64,000 nt of DNA from Paramecium tetraurelia (Eukaryota), in the NCBI GenBank assembly GCA_000165425.1, contig CT868075.1, positions 1-64,000 of the forward strand. The letters are read 5' to 3'. The notes beneath the pieces were generated by a model. That model was not told the DNA's origin and did not search any database. It was given only the letters and a program-made list of their open reading frames with translations. Position 1 is the stretch's first letter. Each line of letters begins with the position of its first letter. Positions 51,877 through 64,000 of this stretch are shown here, in pieces. The position numbers were made by a program, and so were the translations under genes.

Positions 51877-54690
51877 ATGTCATATAAAATTTCATTAGTA
51901 GGTTTGGAGGGTAGTGGAAAGACCACATTAGCTAAGGTGTTGAATGATCAGCATCAAATAAACAATATACCTTTGGAAGTCAATGAAGATATGCCAAATT
52001 CAGATGTGATGATCTTCTGTTTGGATGGAAGCAACATGCAACAGTTGCATCATAGTAAAGCAGCATTAGAGTAAATAAATGGCAAGGAATAATTAATTAT
52101 CTTGCAAACAAAAGCAGACATTCAGACTATTGAAGAGGGAGAATTGAGAAATTTCTTGGGTGTTGGGGAGGTGCCAATCCTACCAATTTCTGCCATAAAT
52201 GGAGATGGATTACCTTAATTACTCACTTTGTTAAGTTAATAGGTATAACCAACACAATAGAACTTTTCAGCAGAACCAAGAGTAGTACCTAGTAGAGGAA
52301 AATATAGAATAAACGAATAAAATCAAATATCAAAGCCGATGCAGACTTTTCAAAATTTAATGAAGGATCACGTATGTATGTATAAAAATTGTAGAAAATC
52401 AAGTAACGTACTCCTATGGAATAAGAATAGGAATATATACGTTTGGAGAAAGAGCGTATTAAAGTAGAGAATATGTCAGCTTAATTGAATAATTTTAAAA
52501 GGAAACTAAAAAAAGAAGGTAATTTCTTATCTTATCCTAAGACACTTATGATATTAAAGCAACAGCCAATCCAAGAATACAAGTCAATTTGGAATTCTTT
52601 TTAACAGACACTCTAGCTCAATGTGAATAATAAAAAAATACTCTTTCCACTCAAACTGATAAATTGTAAAAGAAACCTGAGGATCCTCCTTTCATTCCCA
52701 AGAAAACAGGAATAGATGCTGCCACTTAAGTAGAGGATTATGAACTATTCGATTTTGATAGAGAAGTGACTCCAATTCTGAATGTTATTTGCACAAAGAC
52801 TTTAGAATAAGCCTGTTTAGAAATAGAATAAGAAGAGGAATTCCTGGCTATGTATAGATTTAAGGAGGCATTCGAGAAGAGAAGAGTTAATGATAAAACT
52901 AAATAGCAAGTCACAGTGGAGAGAGAAAAACAATTGATTGATTAAAAGACTGAGGTGTTGAAAAAGTACTCCTAGAAATAGGAGAGAATGCAAAAGGTCA
53001 TCTTCAAAGCCTAGGCTCATGCAATAGCCAAAGAATATTTGAAACCCTTGTAAGGATAGATAATGCAACAAGTAATCTCAAGTGGATTTTATCCCAATGA
53101 ATTCATGAATCAATTATAAACAATGTTCATGGACTATTTAGTTGGGAAGACTCAAGAAGAAGTCATAAAACTGGTTGATCTTAATAATTCAATGAAAACA
53201 GCATTTAATGTTACTAATTTCGAAAAAATTCCAAAAGTCAGAAAGCCATACGATTAGTAAATACAAAAGAAAAAGGATAGGTAGGCATTGAGAATGATCA
53301 ATTACTCAAACTAAAGAGCAATTCGTATCTTCTATTAGGACTTGGTTCCTCTTTAGAGTGTTGTTTCAATGACATTGCCTAAATTCTTGGATGGGTCTTT
53401 TGATGAGTGGAAGAGGACTTACGATCAGAGAGTGGCTGAATTGGAATAGAAGGCTGAGAATAATGAAATAAATGAGGAAGACTTTGCAAATCAAAAAAGA
53501 GCTGAATATCCTGATTTGTAGGAAGGATACTTTGGAGCATCAGTGAATAATTTTACTAGATTCGCATTTTCAATGGCCCATGATTAATATTACTTAACGA
53601 GTGATAAACGATTACAAATAGTTGCATATGTGTTAAGGAAAGATGGAACATATGAGATTGTAAATCAAGAATCCAAAAATTATGGAAAAGTATTTAAATG
53701 GAAAAAATTTAGATTACCAATTAAATAAACTGATGATGAGGCATTGTTATTAAGGTTGCAAGAATTGGATTCCGAAATCATCGCAATAGTTTTTGGATTG
53801 CTATTGCCAAATTTATAAAATAACATCAAGGCTTTGGAATGGGTGTAAAATGCTAGATTTGGTTTGTATGATGCATAATATTGTATTCCGTTTGCTCAAA
53901 CCAATGTAAATAAGGCATTTAAATTAGAAGAACTTGTGAAATAAGTTGACGATCCAGAATTAGCTGAAGCACCTTAAACTGTGTTTATGAGTTGTTTCAC
54001 ATTGATGAAGCGATTCAAATAATTTGGCGGTTGGTACATAGAAAATACTCAAGCTGCCACTAAAGGCATGCTAGATTAAGAAATCGAACCCTTTTATGAG
54101 AAGCTTTCACAATTTCTGATTGAGATGAATGAGTTTACACTCGAGAGAGACAGAGATTTCATTTAAACTATTCAAGACAAAGAGAAAGAAAGAGACACCA
54201 TCTTAACCAATCAAGAATTATAAATGAGTAAATTATTTCCTTTAATTTATAGTAATTACTAAATCAAAAATTCCCCAATAAAAAAAAATGCCCACAGAAC
54301 CCAATGTTACTGATTCTGCTCTGCCCTCAGCGAGACCACTTGAAGAACCGTCCGATTACACTAAAACTTAATTCAATTCCATGATCATCGAACCAATAAT
54401 ACTGGATATGAGTGATTCCTTTGAAACTGTGGAATCCTAATTGATTAACCATCTTACTAATGTTGCTTAAAGGTTAGTGAACAGTTGTACATGGGGATTT
54501 GAGTTGAAGGCCAGAGGCAATTCATTCCTCAGAGTGAAATAATTAATTAGAGTAATTATAATAGCGATATAATTAGATAAGGAGTGTTGGTGAAATGACG
54601 ATTGTAAGAAAGCCAGAACCTCCTAAGGAAGAAGTTCCAGTGCAACAGGAGGAGAACAAGGACAATGATGATAATGATAATGATTCCTGA
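51877..54690 (+). CDS. RSPH3: Radial spoke protein 3 paralogue fused to an N-terminal ARL-like GTPase domain and a C-terminal TerD-like domain
   Basis: GLEGSGKTT...TKAD...ISAING, then RSP3 motifs FSAEPRVVPSRGKYR and TQTD...PFIPKKTGIDAATQVEDYELFDFDREVTPILNVICTKTLEQACLEIEQEEE, then DDEALLLRLQELDSEIIAIVF...WVQNARFGLYD...GGWY. Confidence 0.85.
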
Positions 54691-54706
54691 AATGATTTAA
54701 TATTAA

Positions 54707-55057
54707 ATGAATTATTATGAATTATTAGGGGTGGATGACAAATGTTCTGCTGAAATTATTCGGAAAGCCTTTCTCAATAAGATTCGCTTTTGCCATCCCG
54801 ATAAAAATGGGGATGCCAAAGAAGCTTAATCTCTAATTGAAGCCTACAAAGTACTCATGAATTGTAGGGAAGAATATGATTAATCATTGAGATCCCAATT
54901 CAAATACTGTTTTGACACTATGACGGTGAAATGCAATTATGTTGAGTATGAATGTGAGCAGTGTGGAGAAGAGAACCAGATTGAATTAAATAGTTAAACA
55001 AATGTGATTGTTGAATGTCGAAGTTGTAATTTGAAGTTACAAATATTCCAATAGTGA
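54707..55057 (+). CDS. DPH4: DnaJ plus CSL Zn-finger protein, DPH4/DNAJC24-like (116 aa)
   Basis: MNYYELLGV...CHPDK J-domain followed by YECEQCG...IVECRSCNLKLQI. Confidence 0.78.
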
Positions 55058-55135
55058 ACCATATTAGAGGAATTTGTGAAATTTACAATCAGTGTTCCTA
55101 TTTCATTTACTTTAACAAATAATTTATTTATTTTT

Positions 55136-57021
55136 ATGGATAAATTCGAGAAGCGTCTAAATCAAGTTAATATGATCACGCCCAAAGGTACTCTAAACTA
55201 GCAATCCACGTTCAAACAAAATGATCATGCCAAGAGTTATGCCTCTCTCAATGAATTCAATAGAATTGGAGAGTAATTTGATAGTGAGGCTGTCAATTTG
55301 AGATCCTAAGTTCAAATCTTGGAAGGCAAGTTGTAATTTTACGAAAGGGAATTCTAAATCAAAGTAAATTTACTTGCAAAATACATTCTAGTAATCTTCC
55401 TTGGAAAAGCGAATTCAACAATTGATATCTACATCATCTTAGCTCACTCAATAAAATACCTAATTAAAATTGTAATACTAAGCTTTATTAAATGAATATC
55501 AAATTCAACAAGACAAGATGGCTCACTCAGACAAAGGCCAAAAGGAATATGAAGAGAAAGTGAGATCCCAATTAGATAATTATAATAAATATTAATCTGA
55601 AAAAGAACAATTAATACAATACGCAAACAAGTGCAGAGAGAGATCAAAACAAAGGAAACTCAAAATTAAAGAAATAACCACAACCAATTCTCAACTGATT
55701 GACTAAATCCAATAATTAGAATAAGAGTTAGAATAGGCAAATCATGAAAAACAATAGATATACGAATAGTGTTAACAATAAATCATGATTCTCACTGAAT
55801 AAAATGAAGATTGGCAAATGAAATACGAGTCCATCGTTCAAAACTTTAAGAATCATCTTGCAGACTAGAATGATAGCCAACAAGAAGAGTAACTATTAGC
55901 CAGTCACACAATACTGGATCAAAGAGAAGCCTAGACAGTTTAATAGCAATTAGAAAACTTTAGCATCTTATAAAAAGATCTAAATACTCTCTTAAGCTAA
56001 ATCAAAAATACTAGTGTGACCAATCCTTCATCCTTTGAAATGCAATAAGTGATAGAATTTGCGGAAATCTTCAATAGGATGGCTGAAAAAATCTATGAAT
56101 TACAATAAAAGAAATCAATGCTTAAGGAGTAACTTAAAGTAAGAGTGTGATAGATTATTGTATTAGGATCTCCAATAAACGTAATTATAAACTCAAATGC
56201 TGTCAAATAAATCTATTTCCAATAATTAAAGTCCAAATATGATGGACGATAGAACCAAATTACTCTTTGAATAAAGAATATTAGAATTAGAAGAGTATAT
56301 ATGTTTTTTAATTAGGTATTATTAGAAAGAGAGATAACAAGAAAAAAATAAGCCTGCTTAAAGAGGAAGAAATTAGGATCGCAAACTCAAGTAGATAATT
56401 TCAATACTTACTTAATTCTTAGAAGAATTTTTGGAATAATAAAACCATCTAAAAACACTGAATTATTAGATTAATGATATGCAATTTGAGTATAATGATA
56501 AAAAATGCAATCGCTCCTTTAAGAAGGCTTCATGGGCAATAATTGCTATTTATAGAATTAAAACAATTCAGAATTAATAATATTATCAATAAGTAGTATA
56601 ATTTAATCAACTAAGAATTGAAATGCCTATTGTTAATTCACTCAATTAATTGCTTGAACTAGTGTCGGGATAGTAATAATTAATTGATACATTGTAAAAA
56701 TAAATGGATCGAAGGGGATCGGATGTATTTTAAGAATAAGACATTCAATCCATAGTTGATTAGGAATTAAAACAATAATTAAAGAGTGTATAGATAGAGT
56801 TGGATATGAATAACAAAAAGATGTTTGAGTATAAATTGTAATCGGAGAAATAAATTGAAGAGAGAGATCGTATAATTAATGAATTGGAATAATAATTAAG
56901 GGATTTTCCTAATGATTATAATTAACAGCTTCTGGAACATTTAGAAGAACAAACTAATCGTGTTAAAAGCATTGAAAATGAATTTAATGTGTTAAATGAA
57001 CTTGTTAATTCATTAATCTGA
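55136..57021 (+). CDS. Coiled-coil protein, possibly centrosomal/basal-body
   Basis: MDKFEKRLNQVNMITPK..., long heptads, motif RSFKKASWAIIAIYRIK, several introns, TGA at 57019-57021. Confidence 0.68.
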
Positions 57022-57043
57022 TATTGATATATATTAACTATTA

Positions 57044-58087
57044 TCATCTCTTGTCTAAAGAACTGATCTTCTAAAATATGCACTCTATATTTTGATGGAC
57101 TCTGGTAACAATCTTACTCATTCTCTAGGTTAAAATGTGGATTTATTATGAATAATTGAAGTATTTCTGATTCTATTCTATAATTTCATTGATCACTTGA
57201 AATTTATGTTCAATTTTCTTAATTTCAAATAAATATTTTCTCTTTGAAGCAGCCAATTAATATTTTAAAGAGATTAATTTTTCTTCTAGATATAAGCTTT
57301 CCCTTTGAGTTTGCTGTGGGTCTAATGTTGAGATTGATTCCCTTTATTACTCGAAATAATCCAATTCATATAACAATCTAAAAGTATTTTCATTCTCGTA
57401 ATGATCTAATTCTTCAATGATGGTCTCCTATTCCAAAAGATTAATGACGAAGAGTTTATCGTCCGGACTGACATTCATAGCCTGGATCTTTTAGGTGACT
57501 TTATTCTTCTTAGTGTTGTTCATAATATATTCAAGGTCGCATCTTAATCCATTGAGTTCCTGGAATATGTTTATAAGTAATTACTTTGTAAATATTTTTG
57601 TATTCTAATTACACTTCGCTTCTAAAATTATTCAATTCTTCAGTAACAAATTATTCTAATCTCTAGATATCTTGGGTATCTGAAAACATTCTGAATTGCT
57701 ATTCGACTCTTCCTTGACTCTTCTTCTACAATTCCTGTAATTGACTATCCAAGTAGTTCATCTTCAATGTCAAATCATTCAACTGTTTTTCGTATGGCTT
57801 GTTTTGGCTATTGCTTTTGAAATCACTGAAACTTGTGTTGGTTGATGTTTCTCTTGATTTGTCTCTGATCTTTTCTAGTTCCTCTTGTTTTTTTAGTAGT
57901 ATTTTTAATTGTTATTCAAGTTTTTAGACATGAGGGATTTCATTGACAATGGGCATCAAGGCATCATGTTACATGCAAACTCTATTCAAATTAGCTTAAA
58001 TTAATCGACGAAATTACTTTCCAAAAGGTTCAATCGGCTGTCAACAGATATATTTTCTTTTTGTTTAATGCTCTTTTTGTTCGACAT
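57044..58087 (-). CDS. Hypothetical coiled-coil protein
   Basis: MSNKKSIKQKENISVDSRLNLLE...NLNRVCMQHDALMPIVNEIPH...ECIFQKISSLDKR*, with two tiny introns. Confidence 0.75.
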
Positions 58088-58529
58088 AAAGTGTTGATCT
58101 TTTTATTTTAAATATTTATATTCGTTAAAAACAATAAAACTTTATTTCTCATTTAATTAAATAATTTATGAAGACAATCAAACTAAAATTTAATGACTCT
58201 CAAAGTGTAATTATTGAATTAATAAAAATATAACAATAACGTATTGTAAGGAGTGGGAAATATCTTTGGCTCATATGATTAATTTAAGAATCAACTCCTA
58301 TAAATGAAAAGAGATTTTAGGAATAGTTTTGTTTCTAAAAATGGGTGTAAAATAAACATTTAAATAATAATAAAATAAGTAGGGTTTAGAATTAAATATA
58401 GATAAAAGGGCATAATAATAATATTCTTTAATTAATATTATTATGAATAAGAATATTATTTATTGATTAAATACAAGGGAATGAATTGAAAAGATATGAA
58501 AAAATTACAAATTAGATAAAAATAAAGAA

Positions 58530-59110
58530 TCAATTGTCTGGTTTTGGTATGCTGGAGTGGTTATTGAGTTCTGATTCTTGTTGATCTTGATTTTCGACTC
58601 TTCGTTTTTTATTATATTGATTGATATAGCAATTCTAACAGAGTCCACCTTGAAGATTGAGATGATAATTACATGCATATAATTTTTTGTGTGAACATAG
58701 CCAAGGCTGTTTGTTTCTGCCTAAACGATGATAACAATTGTTGCACATTCCCTTGGCATAATGTTCTTTGTCTGGATGGCCACAAGTGTTGGTTTTTTTG
58801 CTTCTAGGAGATATTTAAACAACATACATTTTCTTGTTAATAGCTTTAGGTTGCTCTTGCTATTGGGGAAGAGTCTACATTTACATTCCGAGAGGTTTGG
58901 AATCGGCCATGTGTCTTTGTAGTAGTTCCTATTACGTCATTTAATAGATGGGAGGAAGGAGTGGGTCATTCTCTTCAAGTTTGATCTGTGGGTTGAGGAG
59001 ATTAAGAGTAGTTTGTTATCGATCAGCACTAAGATTGAAACGCATGACTAAAATTAAAAATGCAGATCCTTACATTGCAAAGTTTGTAGAAGTGGATGAA
59101 AGAAATTCAT
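58530..59110 (-). CDS. Small protein with two tandem C-x-H...C-x2-C Zn-finger-like motifs
   Basis: CGHPDKEHYAKGMCNNCYH and CSHKKLYACGLCQNCY after removing intron 58649-58672. First intron near 59048-59073. Confidence 0.72.
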
Positions 59111-59155
59111 TTTTGTGTATAATTATTAATTAATATATTTTAAATTTTAACGATC

Positions 59156-61614
59156 ATGAATACCTCTTTTCCAAAGATGTCCACCTCATCATTAAGTTAA
59201 ACGACATCTCAAACCAACTTTTACGATTCAAGTCCAATGTCATCATATTCAGCTAAGCAATTAACCTCAAATGACAATTTTAAAGTTGTGGTTCGTGTAA
59301 GACCTCCCCTATAGAGAGAAGTGATAGATGGACGTTTCATTTCCACCATTCAAGTGTCTCCTGATCATAAAAAAATCTGCCTCTACGAATATTACAACAT
59401 CGACTTAGTGGATCCAGAACATCTTGAAGAGTACCTCAACAATCCCAATAGTTATACAATGCACACCTTCTCATTTGATTACGTGTACGATCAAGATAAT
59501 ACACAAGAAGAAGTATATGATAATACAGCGAGACATGCAGTGCTCTCTGCGCTTCAAGGTTTTAATGCCACTATCATGGCCTATGGATAGACTGGAACAG
59601 GCAAGACATTTACAATGGAGGGCTTCAAATACAATTGTGTAGATCCTTAAAGAGGTATAATTCCAAGAGCAATCGAGGAAATCTTTAAGCACATTTCAAA
59701 TGGATCCAATGAATCTACCACCTTCATGGTCAGAGTGAGTTATCTTTAAATTTACAATGAAGTCATAAGCGATTTACTGAGAAGTGATAGATAAAATTTG
59801 CATATCCGAGAAGACAAAAAGAGAGGAGTGTTTGTTGAAGGCCTCTCCGAATGGGCTGTTCGAAATCCTTCAGAAATCTATTCCTTAATCTAAAAAGGAG
59901 CCTAATCTAGAGCCACAGCAAGTACAAAGATGAATGATGTAAGTAGTCGATCTCATGCAGTTTTTATAATAATAGTGGAATAAATGACAGAAATTGACAA
60001 TCATAAATCTATAAAAGTGGGAAAACTCAATTTAGTAGATTTAGCAGGAAGTGAGAGAGTTCGAGTCACCGGTGCCACAGGTAGAAGATTAGAAGAATCC
60101 AAAAAGATAAATTAGTCATTGAGTTGCTTAGGTAATGTTATCTCTGCATTGATTGAATAAAAAACTCATATTCCATATAGAGATTCCAAAATTACACGTC
60201 TCTTAGAAGATTCCTTAGGTGGTAATTGCAAAACTACTATGATGGGAATGATATCACCAGCTATTGATGCTTTTCTTGAAACCTTGAGTTCAGTCAAATT
60301 TGCCAACAGAGCAAAGAATATTAAAAATAAAGCCACCATCAATGAGGATGTGGATCAAAAGGCACTATTAAGGAAATATGAATGTGAATTATAAAGATTA
60401 AGAAAGGAACTTTCAGAAAAGAATAAAACAATTGTAGATTCATCAAAATTAAGTCAATTGGAAGAAGATAAGAAGAGAGCAGAATAGGATAAGAATGCTG
60501 CTATGGCCGCACTTGAAGCGAGGAGCAAATAGTTTTTCATTGAAAGAGAGGAGAAGAAGAAGTTAGAAGAAAAGATTCGATAAATCAATAGTTAAATGTT
60601 AATAGGTGGATGTAATATTGAAAATAGTCCATAATTTAGAAATGCCATTGAAGAATAATAGAAGTTGATTAGAGCCTAATATGAGAAAAAGATTACAGAA
60701 TTAGAAAAGGAAAGATCATAATTAGAAGAAGATAAGGTTCAAGTAGATAGATACAAACAATTAACTCTCAAACAAAGAGATATTATGATTGCCTTGACAA
60801 CCAGGTTGAATGAAAGAGATGAAACAATAGTATAATTATAAGATGAACTTGATGCTTATGATAGAATCCATAGAGAAACAGAAACCATGCTTGATTAGAA
60901 ATTATAACGAGTTTAATAATTAGAAGAGTATGTTAATTCAATGGGCGGCAACCTACCCAATGTTTAATAGATTTAATCAATTAGATAGAGTAAAATTAAA
61001 GATTGTGTCACCCAAGATGGCCAAGAAACATACAATATAACAAAGGAGAACTTATAGGATTATGAATCTTAGATTGAATAATTGACTCTAATTAATTAAG
61101 AGCAGGATTAAGAGATTTAAAGGTTAAACAATCTGTTATTGAATCATGAGAATTCAAATTTAATGGAATATGTGAAATGTATTTAATTTTCTAATTTCTT
61201 AGCCTCTGTTGACAACATAATCGATGCTTTATCCTAACCAAATGATGGATTAAAATTGTAAAGTGTAGCCAAAGATCTAATTAGTCTCTAAAAGATTCTC
61301 TCAGGAGAATAATAATAATCAAGTCATGCTTTTTCAAACATCTAAAATATTGTTCATTCCAGAAAAGAATCTCCAATGCATACTAATTAATCCAAAAAGT
61401 CTTTAAATAATTCATAAAATTATGATGATGATGAACAACCTCGTTAGTTAAATAACTTTTATACTTTTTCCAAGTATCTAACATATATATACATCTTAGT
61501 AAATCGTAGACTTCTTCGATGAAAAAATAAAAGGATCCTTCTCTTCCAAAGCCGTAAATCAATGTTTAAGAAATTATAAAAATGAGAGAAGTAAAAAGAA
61601 ACCTCTATTCTTGA
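59156..61614 (+). CDS. Kinesin motor protein with canonical catalytic motifs and coiled-coil stalk
   Basis: [80 protein letters not shown]. Confidence 0.95.
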
Positions 61615-62233
61615 TTAATAAAATATATATAACATTAATATTAAATTAAATTGAATTAAATTGAGTAATGAGGAATACATTATTGATTTAACTTAATTAT
61701 AGAAGCTTGTTTGTTCATTGAAGACCAGAATGATTATGAAAATTTCTAAGTTAGGGGTTAGATTGAATAAATAAGATAAACTAAATGCTTAAGAAAATAT
61801 TAGGCATTCTAAACAATGCATCTTGCCATTGTTTGAGTGAATAATCCAATATGGACAAGGAATTTAGATTTGCGATAAATTATGCAGATCATATTTTCTC
61901 AAATTTCATAAGAAGTCATGAGTAAGTATTGTGAATTTTACCTTTTTGTTGTAAAGGATAAAGCAAACATAGCTCAATAATATAGAGATCTATATTATAA
62001 CCCAACTCTTCTTAAGGGCAATTATATATTTGAGATTTGTTCATTAAGGCTGGACATATATCAATGAAGAATCATGATAAGTGGAAACTAAGAAGGGAGG
62101 AAAGATGAAAATAGATTAAGACACTTCAAATCTGAAAGAAATTAAATCGACAAAAGAAGATTCAATACTCGCAAATTTGTATTAGTAGGATTGCCTAATT
62201 TAGGACTAAATTTGATTTATTTTATTAATAATT

Positions 62234-62657
62234 ATGTTCACAGAGTAACCCTATTACGAAGCCAAGGTGTTTCTTAAATCTTACAATGATGCTATTGCAT
62301 GTTTAAAGTAAGCTAAATGCAATTACAATCTTTTAGAGAGGCTGCTGAGTAAAAAGCCCACATTGAATTCTAAGAACATGTGTTATAATCACTTGCGACT
62401 GCTCGTACAAGATAGGAGGTTGATATTGTTATTATGTTAGCTGGATGTGAGAGATGGTTAAGTGGTGCCAGGATTAAATTTTGGGTAATCAAAGTAGACC
62501 AAGCTCTTCTAATTTTCAAAGTATAAATTTGTCATAAATGCCAAGTCATGTGTTTTAAAAATATTTCAAAGGATTTGAGGAATACAGCGGAAATTTCAAG
62601 GGCTTCCAATAGGTTTTAATAGAGGGACTGAAAAAGATTAAATCAGATGTGAAATGA
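62234..62657 (+). CDS. Small hypothetical protein (about 115 aa, three introns)
   Basis: MFTEQPYYEAKVFLKSYNDAIACLKEAAEQKAHIEFQEHVLQSLATARTRQELDVRDGQVVPGLNFGQSKQTKLFQFSNHVFQKYFKGFEEYSGNFKGFQQVLIEGLKKIKSDVK*, after removing three tiny introns. Confidence 0.72.
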
Positions 62658-62945
62658 GATATGAATAATGAATATATATACATTATCTAAAAGATAATTA
62701 TATAAAAGGATAGAATTAATAATGCTTATTGTGAGAGCCTATTGATAGGATTGAATCTTGGGGGAGTTCATAAATAGAAAAAGTATTCTAGATTAAATAT
62801 TGGAAAAAGTGAGGAGTGTAGGAGGGAAGGAGATGGTTGAATGGAAGAAATGAGAGAGAGAGATCATGTAATTAATTGATAAATCGCTTATTTAAATTTT
62901 GAATATCCTTTATGAGAATATCTAAAAATTATTTAAATAAATAAA

Positions 62946-64000
<1,055 letters not shown>

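Noticed and set aside
61650..62210. Gene between the kinesin and the small three-intron gene
   Set aside because: TGAs interrupt the frames I tried and no consistent intron model emerged; at best a decayed remnant.

Overview
AT-rich, very gene-dense ciliate nuclear DNA, almost certainly Paramecium and most likely macronuclear. Conserved proteins read through only if TAA/TAG = Gln and TGA is the sole stop (translation table 6). Genes carry many 20-29 nt GT...AG introns, so the supplied standard-code ORF track is mostly fragments or antisense noise. I re-translated by hand and found about 33 protein-coding genes. Recognisable ones are a 168-bp tandem-repeat coiled-coil protein, a ferlin, a TCBP-25-like EF-hand protein, a calmodulin-like protein, a SAXO/STOP-like protein, a PTB/hnRNP-L-like RRM protein, a Yippee-like Zn protein, two kinesins, a cNMP-gated channel-like protein, a MORN protein, a Tul1-like RING E3, an ankyrin protein, a two-cNMP-domain protein, NOC1/MAK21, ARL6/BBS3, an RSP3 fusion, a DPH4-like protein and the mitochondrial ATP synthase beta subunit. 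The most notable observations are: (1) a single ORF fusing a switch-less ARL-like GTPase, radial spoke protein 3 and a TerD-like domain; (2) a bacterial-style ATGA stop/start overlap between the SAXO-like and calmodulin-like genes; (3) a kinesin with an intact P-loop but broken switch I/II; (4) a channel-like protein without a K+ selectivity filter; (5) divergent start codons only 14 nt apart inside an inverted repeat. All calls are by manual translation and motif recognition; no database searches were run.
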